From: Candidatus Eiseniibacteriota bacterium
GTDB lineage: Bacteria; Eisenbacteria; RBG-16-71-46
Direction: 5' to 3'
Length of the DNA: 50,657 nucleotides
Assembly: GCA_023249845.1 (NCBI GenBank)
Contig: JAHFBW010000002.1
Coordinates: 1 to 50,657, forward strand
Shown: positions 36,343 through 46,433 of the stretch, piece by piece
How the letters are laid out: every line of letters starts with the position of its first letter
Numbering within the stretch: the first letter of the stretch is position 1
Translations under genes and position numbers: made by a program
The notes under the pieces: model-generated
Database searches by the model: none
What the model saw: the letters and a program-made list of their open reading frames with translations, nothing else
Told to the model about the DNA's origin: nothing

Positions 36343-36580
36343 CCGATTTTCGACTCGCACGCGAGATTTTTTTCGATCGCCTGACCGCGCGATTCGCATG
36401 CCGGATCCGCGAGTGCTCCGGAGATTTGTTCCGGCGGCGAGCGCTCGCGCACGAGCGCAGGTGCGTGTTGCTACGAACGCATCGCGAGCGCGTGGCGAGC
36501 GCGTGGTGTGATACGACCGTCGCTGGAAGCACGCGTGCCACGGCGAAACGACTGTCGGGGCGCGCGCTGCGCGCCGCGCT

Positions 36581-39322
36581 TCAGGACGCGCTGGAAGGCG
36601 CTTCCGCGGGCGGCAGCCGCCGCGTGACGGAGCTCAGTCGCCACGTGCGCCGCTGGTCGCCGTCGCCCAGTTCGAGCGTGTCCCCGACGCTGCGGCCGAG
36701 GATCGCCTTGGCGATCGGCGTCTGGTGCGAGATGACGTGCGCGCCCAAGTGGTGCTCGCCGGCGCCCAGGATCCAGTACGACGACTTCTCCCCGGCGCTC
36801 TCCAGTACGACCTCGGTACCCAGACCGGCGACCCCCTCGTGGAACTCCGCGTCCTCCACGAAGCGGGCGCGGGAGATCCGCTTCTGCAGCGAGCCGGCGC
36901 GTGTCTGCGCGTTTCGCTGCTTGAGCTTGGCGGAGTGGTACTCCGCGTTCTCCTTCAGGTCGCCCAGCTCGCGTGCCTTCTGGATGGTCTGCGGGATGGT
37001 CGTGCGCAGCTCGCGCTCGAGCTCCTCGAGTTCGCGCTGGAGAAGCACCCAGGTCGCGCGCGTCATCACCGGCGTGTCGAACTCCTCCGCCTGCTCGCCC
37101 ACCTGGCTGAACAGCGCGTCGGTCTTCTTCTGGCGGTGGTCCAGCACCCACTGGCGCTCGTCCGCCATGCCGACGCGCGCGACGGCCTCGAGCGCCGGGA
37201 ACAGGTAGCGGTCGCTCGAACGCCACTGGCGGAGCAGCACGCGCAGCTTCAACCGCGCCTCGTTGGGGGGCGTGACGCCCTTGAGCATGCGGGGCAACGC
37301 GCCGCCCTCGTCGATCCAGCGCAGCACCTTCTCGCCCGTCGAGGGCTTGGGCTTCTCCTCGATGAGCTGCAGCGCCGCGATGAACAACCGCCACGCGTCG
37401 GCCGGCGGCGTGGCTGCGGCGATCTCGTCCTCGATCAGCCGCAGCATCGCAGCCGGGAAGTGCACTGCGCGGTCCACGAGCGCGCGCCGGAGCTGCGCCT
37501 TGCCCTGTTCGTCCAGCAGCGCGAGGTCCTTCTCGGCCGCGTCGCGCACCGCGGCGAACCGCGAGTCGAGCGCCGACAGGATGGCCTCGGCGGCCACGCC
37601 GGCCGTGCGCGAGTCGGCGAGGAACGCGAGCTGCTCGTCCTCGAACGTGAGGTCGCTGATGCCGATCCCCAGGCCCCACAGCGCGCGCACCACGCCGAGC
37701 CACACCTCGCGCTGCTCGGGATACCAGCGCGCGAAGCACAGGCCGGCCCGCGCCCGGTCGGCCTTGTCGCTCTCGTGGTCCAGCGTCAGGCGCTGGACGA
37801 ATCGTCCGAAGCGCGCACGGAGCGGCTCTTCGAGCGTGGGGTGCTGCGCCAGGAACTTGCGGATGGTGCCGAGATTCGTCCGGGCGGGCTTCCGCACCTC
37901 GAGCGCGGGCAGCGGCGCAGTATCGTGAGCGCTGTCGGCGCCGGCCTTGAAGCCGGACGTGCCGGCCGCGGGCCGCTCGGGCACAAGCTTGTAGAACTGC
38001 TCGAACGCGCGTGCGTGATCGATGCGCGGGTCCTTCTCACAGGCGGGTTTCGCCTTGCGCCAGAACACCGTCCAGTCCTTGGCCGAGACCAGGTCCGTGC
38101 TGATCAGGAACAGCTTGAGTCGATTCGCGTCGGCGGCGCCGCCCAGGCACTTGAGCGCGCTCACGATCATGCCGGCCTGGTCCTCGGTACGCAGGCGCGC
38201 CACTTCGGCCGGGTTCGTGAAGCGCACGAGCCGAATGTCGTCCTCGGCCACCGGCGTGAGCGTCCGCCGCGCGGCCACGTACGGCATCTTGTGGCCCCTG
38301 GATTTCATGAAGTCCACGACGATGGTGACGGTGTCGTTGGAGACGATGCGGCCCGGACCGAAGCCGTCGTGCAGCACGCCGCGGCCCGGCGCGAGCGACG
38401 CGATGGTGTCGAACGACTCGATGGCCTTGGGTAAGGGCGTGTCGGCGTCGGCGAGCCCGCTCTGCGTGATGGCCTCGTCGAGCGCCGGTACCTGCCGGCC
38501 GGGGCCCTGCCGCAGCGCCTCTACGACCGCGTCGCGGAACGGCTCCGCCGCCGCCTCGCCCTTCGCTCCCACCGCGAGCGAGACCACCTTGCGAAGCGGC
38601 TCCAGCGCCTCGCCGGCGCGGCCGCTCTTCGCCAGCCCCTTCACCGCGACGGCCGCCACGGCGCGGCACTCCTTGAGCGCGCCCTTGGCCGCCAGTATCG
38701 GCAACGCGGCCGCCACGTGGAGCAGCCCCTCCCAGTCGTCGTGCTCGGCCAGTTCCTCCGCGGCCTCTTCCAGGTCGTCGAAGCGGTCGGCATCGGCGAA
38801 GCGCGGTGCCAGGTCCGAGAGGAGTGCGCGGCGGTCGTCGCCGCGATCGGCGTCACCCAGCCGTTTCGCCAGCTTCTGCGCGAGCTCCAGGTCGTCGGGC
38901 ATGATCGCCCATGCACGCGACAGCGCGTCCAGCCGCTCGGGATCCTTGCCGAGACCCTCGTGCGCCTCCACCAGAAGTCGTGCCGCGGCCTGCGTCTGCA
39001 TGAGCGAGAGCGAGCGTTCGGCCAGCGCCGCCAGCGGCTCCCACTTCTTCTTGGCCAGCACCTTCTCGCCGAGCGCCAGCAGCGTCTGCTGCGCGCGCTC
39101 CACCTCGCCGTTCAGCGCGCACGCCGCCGAGAGCAGGTAGTAGACGCCCCACGACGGATCGGATTGCTTGAGTCGGCCGCCCAGCTCGTCCCGCATCCAG
39201 GTCAGCCGCTTCTCCTGCTGGGCTTCGTGGGCGAGCGATTCGAGTTCCGTGCGTGCGGCCGCCGAGAGATCGGCTCCGACTTCACCACGGAGCACAGCGG
39301 GCAGGGCGTCGCGGACGGGCAT
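36581..39322 (-). CDS. greA: Long-form transcription elongation factor GreA (~750-aa N-terminal extension)
   Basis: C-terminal GreA motifs ARELGDLKENAEYHSAK and IS..TPIAKAILG..VGD. The N-terminus is helical with an internal SH3/Tudor-like HDGFGPGRI segment. The start codon is uncertain. Confidence 0.82.
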   Translation of the reverse strand: MPVRDALPAVLRGEVGADLSAAARTELESLAHEAQQEKRLTWMRDELGGRLKQSDPSWGVYYLLSAACALNGEVERAQQTLLALGEKVLAKKKWEPLAALAERSLSLMQTQAAARLLVEAHEGLGKDPERLDALSRAWAIMPDDLELAQKLAKRLGDADRGDDRRALLSDLAPRFADADRFDDLEEAAEELAEHDDWEGLLHVAAALPILAAKGALKECRAVAAVAVKGLAKSGRAGEALEPLRKVVSLAVGAKGEAAAEPFRDAVVEALRQGPGRQVPALDEAITQSGLADADTPLPKAIESFDTIASLAPGRGVLHDGFGPGRIVSNDTVTIVVDFMKSRGHKMPYVAARRTLTPVAEDDIRLVRFTNPAEVARLRTEDQAGMIVSALKCLGGAADANRLKLFLISTDLVSAKDWTVFWRKAKPACEKDPRIDHARAFEQFYKLVPERPAAGTSGFKAGADSAHDTAPLPALEVRKPARTNLGTIRKFLAQHPTLEEPLRARFGRFVQRLTLDHESDKADRARAGLCFARWYPEQREVWLGVVRALWGLGIGISDLTFEDEQLAFLADSRTAGVAAEAILSALDSRFAAVRDAAEKDLALLDEQGKAQLRRALVDRAVHFPAAMLRLIEDEIAAATPPADAWRLFIAALQLIEEKPKPSTGEKVLRWIDEGGALPRMLKGVTPPNEARLKLRVLLRQWRSSDRYLFPALEAVARVGMADERQWVLDHRQKKTDALFSQVGEQAEEFDTPVMTRATWVLLQRELEELERELRTTIPQTIQKARELGDLKENAEYHSAKLKQRNAQTRAGSLQKRISRARFVEDAEFHEGVAGLGTEVVLESAGEKSSYWILGAGEHHLGAHVISHQTPIAKAILGRSVGDTLELGDGDQRRTWRLSSVTRRLPPAEAPSSAS

Positions 39323-39583
39323 GGCCTCGCTAGGAATGGGGGTCGCCGACTCGGCGAAAGGGCAGGGGAATATGGCGCAGCGCGCCGCCGCGCGCAAGCG
39401 GGCGGGCCGCGACGGCGAGGCGCCGCGTGCGTCTTGCACGACGCTCGCGGGGCCGACGCTCGGCGCGGAACCAGCCCCTCCAGACGCCGGCGGAAGCCGC
39501 CGAAAACTCCGGGCGTGGTCGCAGCCGGGCGAGTGGATCCTCCACACGATCGCTCGGTTCCGCGTCACGAAGGGGAGGGCAAC

Positions 39584-40144
39584 ATGAAGCGATTCGTTCT
39601 GTTCCTCGCCGTCTTGCTGTGCGCGTTCGTCGCGCCGACCGCGAGGGCCCAGTCCGACCTGGGACTCAAGAACCTGGGCGTGGCGATCGGCTACGTCAGT
39701 CCCGAAAACCTGGACGGCACGTTCAGCTTCGGTGGCTTCGCCGACTGGGGCAAGATGGCCCCGAATATCGGCCTGGAGACGCGTCTCGACTATTGGTCGT
39801 GGTCGGAGTCGGCGTTCGGCGCCGAGACCAGCGTGCATGACCTCACGGTCGGCGCGCGTGGCAAGTACTACTTCGCGACGTCGAATCCGCGGGTGCGCCC
39901 GTTCGCCGGCACCGGGCTCGCGATCCACTTCATCGGGTCGGAAGTCACGATCCCCGCGTCGCCGGGCTTCCCGGCGATGTCGGCGAAGGACAGCCAGAAC
40001 AAGCTCGGCTTGGACCTGGGCGGCGGCATCGCCACCCCGATCAACGAGCGCACGGACTTCCTCGGCGAAGCCTGGTTCGGCATCGTCTCAGACGTGAGCC
40101 AGTTCTCGCTGCGCGCCGGCCTGTCCTACAAGCTCGGCCGGTAA
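39584..40144 (+). CDS. Outer-membrane beta-barrel protein
   Basis: GGGGAGG RBS, signal peptide, VRPFAGTGL motif and C-terminal strand FSLRAGLSYKL. Confidence 0.82.
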   Translation: MKRFVLFLAVLLCAFVAPTARAQSDLGLKNLGVAIGYVSPENLDGTFSFGGFADWGKMAPNIGLETRLDYWSWSESAFGAETSVHDLTVGARGKYYFATSNPRVRPFAGTGLAIHFIGSEVTIPASPGFPAMSAKDSQNKLGLDLGGGIATPINERTDFLGEAWFGIVSDVSQFSLRAGLSYKLGR

Positions 40145-40226
40145 CTTCTGTGGCGGGTCGGCGACATTCGCCGGCCCGCTCTTTCCTTGCAGCTGAAGCG
40201 CCTCCGCCCGGCGCACGCCGCGCGCC

Positions 40227-41645
40227 TCATTGGACGGGCAGCGCCGCCTCCGCGTGCGCGACGAAGCCGCCGCCCTGGTCCAGGACGTCGGTGAACCCCG
40301 CGCGCCGCAGCACGGTCATGCCGATGCGCGAGCGCGTCCCGCTCCAGCAGAACAGCGCCACGGGGCGGTCGCGCGGCAGCTCCGAGGCGCGCGCCGGCAG
40401 GTCCCCGAGCGGGATGTGCACCGCGCCGGGAACGCGCCCCGAATCCAGCTCGGCCAGGCCGCGCACGTCGAGCAGCGTGATCTCGCCGCGCTGCGCGCGT
40501 TCGTACGCCTCGCCGGCGCCGATCATGGGCGTCACCGCGAGCGGCCCGCGCGCGCGCGCCCACACCGGGAACGCGCCGGAGCCGTACCAGCCGGCCACGT
40601 CGTCCAGGCCGATCATGGCAAGCTGGCGCACGGTCGCCAGGACACGTGGCAGGTCGTTCGCGATGAGCGAGATGGAACGGTCGTAAGGCAGGAATGAGCC
40701 GGCCCACGTCGGGAACGAAGCGCCGGTCGGGATCCCGAGCACGCCGGGAATGGCGCCTGCCAAGACATCGCGCGTCGGACGCACGTCCACGATCGCGTCA
40801 CCGCGGTCGACGGCGGCGACGATGCCGTCGTCGGGTAGCCGGGGCGGCTCGCGGTAACCGCCGAGGATCGCGGGCCCGTGCTGGTTCATGCGTTTCATGT
40901 GTTTGAAATACGCTGGCGGCTCGGGCTGCCCCGCCAGCACCTCGCGAACGAACGCGTCCTCGTTGTCGTTCCGGAGGCCCCAGTTCGTGCGCATCTCGTA
41001 GGCGAGCGTCGTGACCGGAAGGCCGCCCAGCGCCTTGCCGCACGCCGAGCCCGGCCCGTGCCCTGGCCACAACATCACGTGCTCCGGGTAGCGCTCGCGG
41101 AACCGCTTGAGCGCCGCGTGCAGCACACGCGCGCCCTTCTCCATGGTGCCGGCCATGTTCGCCGCGCGCTCGAGCAGGTCGGGCCGCCCGACGTCGCCCA
41201 CGAACACGAAGTCCCCCGTGAACACTCCGAGCGGGTCCGGGCTCGCGGCTTCGTCGGTGAGCACGAAGCTCACGTGCTCGGGCGTGTGCCCGGGCGTGTA
41301 GAGCACGTCGAGGCGGACGCGGCCGGCGCGAATGGAATCGCCGTCTCGTAAGCCCACCACGTTCGGCTCGCCGAGCCACGCGTATCTCCAGTCGGGGCCG
41401 CCCTCGTTGGAGAGGCAGGCCCTGGCGTTCGCGCGCCTCGCCAGCTCGCGTGTGCCCGAGAGGAAGTCGGCGTGGATGTGCGTCTCCGTCACCGCGACGA
41501 TCTTCAAGCTCTCGGCGGCGGCGGCACGCAGGTAGGCCTCCACGTCGCGGTTCGGGTCCACGACGATCGCGTCGTGCGTCTCCATGTCACCAAGCAGGAA
41601 GCTCGCCTGGGCGAGCGGGTCGTCGTAGAAGCGTTTGAGCAACAT
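40227..41645 (-). CDS. MBL-fold hydrolase fused to two rhodanese domains (persulfide dioxygenase/sulfurtransferase-like)
   Basis: Motifs ETHIHADF, TPGHTPEH, GDVGRPDL and PGHG.GS.CG. The C-terminal rhodanese has LLDVR..CWSGTRS. Confidence 0.9.
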   Translation of the reverse strand: MLLKRFYDDPLAQASFLLGDMETHDAIVVDPNRDVEAYLRAAAAESLKIVAVTETHIHADFLSGTRELARRANARACLSNEGGPDWRYAWLGEPNVVGLRDGDSIRAGRVRLDVLYTPGHTPEHVSFVLTDEAASPDPLGVFTGDFVFVGDVGRPDLLERAANMAGTMEKGARVLHAALKRFRERYPEHVMLWPGHGPGSACGKALGGLPVTTLAYEMRTNWGLRNDNEDAFVREVLAGQPEPPAYFKHMKRMNQHGPAILGGYREPPRLPDDGIVAAVDRGDAIVDVRPTRDVLAGAIPGVLGIPTGASFPTWAGSFLPYDRSISLIANDLPRVLATVRQLAMIGLDDVAGWYGSGAFPVWARARGPLAVTPMIGAGEAYERAQRGEITLLDVRGLAELDSGRVPGAVHIPLGDLPARASELPRDRPVALFCWSGTRSRIGMTVLRRAGFTDVLDQGGGFVAHAEAALPVQ

Positions 41646-41801
41646 GGCGCGGCCTCCGCGTGAGTCCTCAAACCTCCCGCACATCGAGGGTCCGGGCAAC
41701 TGGGCGTTGCCCGCGCCGTCGTGACGGCAGCGCGCGGCTGCGCTCTCGAGCGGCTGGCCGGCGTGTGACGCCCGCGAGACACCCGGCTACACTCGCGGGT
41801 C

Positions 41802-42356
41802 ATGAAGATCTACACGCGCACGGGCGACGACGGCACCACCGGGCTTCTCGGCAAGGCCCGCGTGCCGAAGCACCACCTGCGCGTCGAGGCCTACGGCAGC
41901 GTGGATGAGTTGAACGCCGTGCTCGGCGTGGTGCACGCGCAGGATTCCGCCAAGGCGTTCGGCGACCTGGTGCCCGCGCTCCAAGCCGCGCTGTTCGACG
42001 TGGGCGCGGAGCTGGCCACGACCGATGCGGCCATGCTCGAGAAGCTCGTGCACGTCCAGGGCGCGCAGGTGGAGCGGCTCGAACGCGAGATCGATCGCCT
42101 CGAGGCCGGCCTTTCGCCGCTCACGAACTTCGTGCTGCCCGGCGGCACGCCGCTGGCGGCGGCGCTTCACCATGCGCGCACCGTGTGCCGCCGTGCGGAG
42201 CGGCGCGTCACGGCGCTCGCGGCGGCGGAGTCCGTGCGTCCCGACCTCGTGCGCTGGCTCAATCGGCTCGCGGACCTGTTGTTCGTGATGGCGCGCTCGG
42301 CCAACGCGCGTGCCGGCGTGGCGGACCAGGCCTGGACGCCCCGAAGCAAAGCGTGA
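41802..42356 (+). CDS. pduO: PduO-type cob(I)alamin adenosyltransferase
   Basis: Motifs KIYTRTGD.GTT, AYGSVDELN, FVLPGG, RTVCRRAER and LNRLADLLF. Confidence 0.92.
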   Translation: MKIYTRTGDDGTTGLLGKARVPKHHLRVEAYGSVDELNAVLGVVHAQDSAKAFGDLVPALQAALFDVGAELATTDAAMLEKLVHVQGAQVERLEREIDRLEAGLSPLTNFVLPGGTPLAAALHHARTVCRRAERRVTALAAAESVRPDLVRWLNRLADLLFVMARSANARAGVADQAWTPRSKA

Positions 42357-42426
42357 GCGCGCGGCCGGGACCGCTCCGTCCCACGACTGGGCGCTCGATC
42401 GCAACCTCGAGACAGGAGAACGTGTC

Positions 42427-44562
42427 GTGACACTGGCGGGCACCAAGGTCTCGCACTATCAGCTCAAGGAAGTGCTGGGACGCGGCGCCATGGGCGAGGT
42501 TTGGCTCGCGGACGACCTACACCTCCCGAGGCAGGTGGCGGTGAAGTTGCTCCCACCGCACCAATCCGGCCAGCGCGACGCGATCGACCGCCTGCTGCGC
42601 GAAGCGCGCGCCGCGGCGAGCGTGGACCATCCCGCTGTGGTCACCGTGTACGAAGCAGGCATCGCCGACGACCGACCCTACGTCGTGATGCAGCGCGTGG
42701 AGGGCGAGACACTTGAAGCCCTGCTCAAGACGGGCCCACTCCCGGTGTCGACCGCGATCGCGATCGCGACTCAGATCGCCGACGCGCTCGCCGAGGTGCA
42801 CGCGTTGGGGATCGTGCACCGCGACTTGAAGCCCTCGAACGTCATCTGGACGTCCCGTGGCGCGAAACTCCTCGACTTCGGACTCGCCTCCATCAAGTCC
42901 GCGATGGACCAGACGCGTACGGTCGGTTCTGTGGGCACGCCGCTCTACATGAGTCCCGAGCAGGCGCGCGGCCAGCTCGCCGACAACCGCTCCGACCTGT
43001 GGTCGCTGGGCTGCGTGCTGCACGAGACGCTCACCGGCACGCGCGCATTCGCGTCCGACACGCTGGCGGGCACGGCGAACCGCATCCTCACGCACGAGCC
43101 GGCGTCTCCGTCCTCGCTCCGCCCCGAACTGCCACGCGAGCTCGACTACATCGTGGCGAAGCTCTTGCGCAAGGACCCCGCGCTCCGTTACCAGCGCGCC
43201 GAGGACCTGCTCGCCGACTTGAAGAGCCTCGGCTCCGGCTCCGGCCATCCACCGCTGCCCGCGAAGCGGTCGCTCCCTTCGGTGGTTGTGCTGCCGTTCG
43301 AGGTCATGAGTCCGGATTCCGCTGATGGCTATCTCGCGTCCGGACTCGCGGAGGACCTCATCGTGGACCTCGCCCGCGTGAAGGGCCTGCGCGTCGCGCC
43401 GCGCGATGAGGCGGCGGCCTACCGCGATCGCGCCGTTCCCGCGCGCACGCTGGCGAGGGAGCTGGGCGTGGATTACGTGCTGAGCGGCAGCGTCCGCCGC
43501 GCCGGCCAGCGCGCGCGCATCAGCGCGCAGCTCGTGCGAGCGAGCGACGGGCACACGCTGTGGGCCGAACGCTTCGACCGCACGCTCGATGATCTGTTCG
43601 AGGTGCAGGCCGAGGTTGCGAAGCAGATCGTCACGGCGCTCCAGGTGGCAGTCTCACCGAAGGAGCAGGCGCTCCTCGAGAAGGTGCCGACGAAGAGCCG
43701 CGAGGCGTACGAGCTGTTCCTGCAGGCCCGTGCGCTCATGAACTCGATGTACAAGGAGGCGAACACGCAGGCCGGCCAGCTACTGCGCGCCGCGGTCGAC
43801 CTGGACCCGCAGTTCACACAGGCGATCGCCGCGCTTGCGGAGTGCCATGCGCATCGCGTGCTCGCTTGGTGGGGATCCACGGACGATGTGTCGATGGCCC
43901 GCGAGCTCGCGGAGCGCGCGCTCGCGCTCGAGCCCGACCTCGTCGAGGCCCGCTTCGCGCTCGCCACCGCCTATCGCTACGCCGGCGACCATGCACGTGA
44001 ACTCCCCGAGCTCGAGCGCATCCTCGCACTCGAACCCGAACACCAGACCGCGAACGAGTTCGTGGGCTGGAGCTACATGGCACGCGGCGAGCCCGGGAAG
44101 GGATTGCCCGTCCTCGAGCGCATCACCGCCCTACCCACGGCCCGCTACAACGCCTGGAGCTTTCTCGCGATGTGCTACGAGATGCTTCACCGCGACGCGG
44201 AATCGAAGCGCGCGGAGGAGCGCTTGTTCGAAGAGCTGCTCGAGGAGCTGCGCAAACGTCCCGACAACGTGCACGCCCGCTCACTGCTCGGCCAGCGCCT
44301 GATCCACCGCGGGGACCGCGCCGGCGGGATCGCCCAGGTCGAGATGTGCCTGCGTATCGCGCCCGACGACAACCGCGTGCTCTACAACGGAGCGTGCACG
44401 ATGGCGGTGGCAGGAGAACGGCAACGCGCGATGGAGCTCCTGCACGAGGCCGCGCGGCGGGTGCCCGGTTACATGCGCGACTGGCCTCGGCAGGACCCCG
44501 ATCTCGTCTCACTTCGCGATGATCCCGAGTTCATCGCGATGTTCTCGCCCGACAAGGCCTGA
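42427..44562 (+). CDS. Ser/Thr protein kinase with TolB-N-like domain and TPR repeats
   Basis: Kinase motifs GRGAMGEV, HRDLKPSN, DFG and YMSPEQ, then SVVVLPF..LSGSVRRAG..LWAERFDR and TPRs. AGGAG precedes the GTG. Confidence 0.9.
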   Translation: MTLAGTKVSHYQLKEVLGRGAMGEVWLADDLHLPRQVAVKLLPPHQSGQRDAIDRLLREARAAASVDHPAVVTVYEAGIADDRPYVVMQRVEGETLEALLKTGPLPVSTAIAIATQIADALAEVHALGIVHRDLKPSNVIWTSRGAKLLDFGLASIKSAMDQTRTVGSVGTPLYMSPEQARGQLADNRSDLWSLGCVLHETLTGTRAFASDTLAGTANRILTHEPASPSSLRPELPRELDYIVAKLLRKDPALRYQRAEDLLADLKSLGSGSGHPPLPAKRSLPSVVVLPFEVMSPDSADGYLASGLAEDLIVDLARVKGLRVAPRDEAAAYRDRAVPARTLARELGVDYVLSGSVRRAGQRARISAQLVRASDGHTLWAERFDRTLDDLFEVQAEVAKQIVTALQVAVSPKEQALLEKVPTKSREAYELFLQARALMNSMYKEANTQAGQLLRAAVDLDPQFTQAIAALAECHAHRVLAWWGSTDDVSMARELAERALALEPDLVEARFALATAYRYAGDHARELPELERILALEPEHQTANEFVGWSYMARGEPGKGLPVLERITALPTARYNAWSFLAMCYEMLHRDAESKRAEERLFEELLEELRKRPDNVHARSLLGQRLIHRGDRAGGIAQVEMCLRIAPDDNRVLYNGACTMAVAGERQRAMELLHEAARRVPGYMRDWPRQDPDLVSLRDDPEFIAMFSPDKA

Positions 44563-44595
44563 CACGGCGTTCTCGGCCACCGCAAAAACACCCAC

Positions 44596-44624
44596 TTGAT
44601 TTCCGGCGGGAACCCGCCGATACT
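44596..44624 (+). promoter_or_regulatory. Putative sigma70 promoter upstream of rho
   Basis: TTGATT-17 bp-GATACT with an upstream AAAAA tract. Confidence 0.55.
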
Positions 44625-45084
44625 CTTTTTGTCACCTTCTGCTCGGTGGAGCCGCGGCAATGCAGTCGCCGCGACCTTGATTCGCTCCGCCGCGACCGGC
44701 TCGATCCGCGAACCGCGCCCAGTTCATTTCGATTGGCGCGACGGTGGACGAGCGTGTAGGTTCCGCGCCTGTAGCCTGTGGCCGTGGAACAGAAGGCCGA
44801 GGCCCATGGCGTCAGTCGCCGCTCGACACGGACCTGAACGCCGAACGAATCCCCACCGAGTTGCCGAACGGGCACCGGTGACGCCGGGGCGAGCCGAAGA
44901 GCCGCCCATCGGCACCTAGCAGGTCGAGCGCGCAGCGTCCGCGCGTGCGGTGCACCGTGAGCGACTCACGGCCATCGCCCCGGAGGCGCTCACCCGGTTC
45001 CACCGCGCAGCGCATGGCGCACTCACGCCACACTGCGCACAGGTCCACCCCGGCGCACGACGAGTGCGCGCCGGAAGGAAACTC

Positions 45085-46428
45085 ATGAGACCACGTCGTC
45101 GCCGCCCCCGCGGCATGCGCCCACAGGAGCCGCCGCAGTCGGGCGCCGCCCCCGAAGGAACACCGTACGACCCCCCCGCCAGCCCTTACGAGGCTGGCCC
45201 TCCCGCCGACTACTCGGCGCCGCCCGGAGGCGGTCCCCCGATGGGTGACCCCTCGATACCTCCGGCCGCGCCCGCAGGCGGCTACTCCGGACCCAATGGC
45301 ACACCGGGTCCCGGCTACGACCGCGGTTACGGACGACAGGGTGGCGGACGCCGCCGCCGTCGCCGGCCGCGCAACGGCCGTCAGCAAGGTGGTGAAATGC
45401 AGCAACAGCAAGGCAGTGGTTACCAGCAGCCCTTCAACCAGGGCGGAGGCCGGCGCGGACGCCGGCGAAGAGACGGTGGTGGAGGCGGCGGCGATCATCG
45501 CGGCCGGCCGCAGCGCCCCGGGCTCGAGTTGCTCAAGGAGCTTCAGAACGCCGGCGCCGCGCTGGATCCCACCGAGCGGCTCATCATGGAGCTGCCGGCG
45601 GGCCAGGGCGATCCGCCATACGGCGATCGCATCACCGGGCGCGCGATCGACCTGATCGCCCCCATCGGCCGCGGCCAGCGCGTGTTGCTGGTGGCGCCGC
45701 CGAAGGCCGGCAAGACACGAATCCTGCAGGCCATCGCCGCGTCCGTCGCGCACAATCACCCCGACGTCAAGGTGTACGCGCTGCTCGTGGACGAGCGTCC
45801 CGAGGAGGTCACCGACTTCAAGCGCAACACGCCGGCCGAGGTCATCGCCGCCTCGAGCGACATGAGCGTGGACGAGCACATCGAGACCGCCGAGATCGCC
45901 ATGCAGAAGGTGGCGGCCGAGGTGCTCGCGGGCAAGGACGTCGTGCTGCTGCTCGACTCCATCACGCGTCTCGCGCGGGCCTACAACGCGGCTGCCGGCA
46001 ACGGCGGACGCACGATGTCGGGCGGCCTCGACTCGAACGCCATGCAGTCCCCGCGCCAGATCTTCGGTGCGGCCCGAAAGATCGAGAACGGCGGCTCGCT
46101 CACGATCATCGGGACCGCGCTCGTGGACACCGGCTCGCGCATGGACCAGATCATCTTCGAGGAGTTCAAGGGCACCGGAAACTCCGAGCTGTTCCTGTCG
46201 CGCGAGCTGGCGGAACGCCGCATCTACCCCGCGATCGACATCCCGAAGAGCGGCACGCGCAAGGAGGAGAAGCTGATCGCGCCGAACCAGCTCTCCACGT
46301 TCCAGGCGCTGCGCCGCATCCTGGTGCAGATGCCGCCGCAGGAGGCCATGCTGAAGCTGGTGGATCGCCTGGGCCGCACCAAGACGAACGAGGAGTTCTT
46401 CAACCTCGTGCGCGTGGGCGACAGCTAG
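45085..46428 (+). CDS. rho: Transcription termination factor Rho, atypical N-terminus
   Basis: Motifs PIGRGQR.LLVAPPKAGKT, DERPEEVTD, LDSITRLARAYN, TGSRMD..IFEEFKGTGN and SGTRKEE, with an AAGGA RBS. Confidence 0.93.
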   Translation: MRPRRRRPRGMRPQEPPQSGAAPEGTPYDPPASPYEAGPPADYSAPPGGGPPMGDPSIPPAAPAGGYSGPNGTPGPGYDRGYGRQGGGRRRRRRPRNGRQQGGEMQQQQGSGYQQPFNQGGGRRGRRRRDGGGGGGDHRGRPQRPGLELLKELQNAGAALDPTERLIMELPAGQGDPPYGDRITGRAIDLIAPIGRGQRVLLVAPPKAGKTRILQAIAASVAHNHPDVKVYALLVDERPEEVTDFKRNTPAEVIAASSDMSVDEHIETAEIAMQKVAAEVLAGKDVVLLLDSITRLARAYNAAAGNGGRTMSGGLDSNAMQSPRQIFGAARKIENGGSLTIIGTALVDTGSRMDQIIFEEFKGTGNSELFLSRELAERRIYPAIDIPKSGTRKEEKLIAPNQLSTFQALRRILVQMPPQEAMLKLVDRLGRTKTNEEFFNLVRVGDS

Positions 46429-46433
46429 CGGCT

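Noticed and set aside
39323..39928. N-terminal 200 aa of the 1115-aa ORF call for greA
   Set aside because: It overlaps the opposite-strand barrel gene and looks non-coding. A start near 39322 is more plausible.
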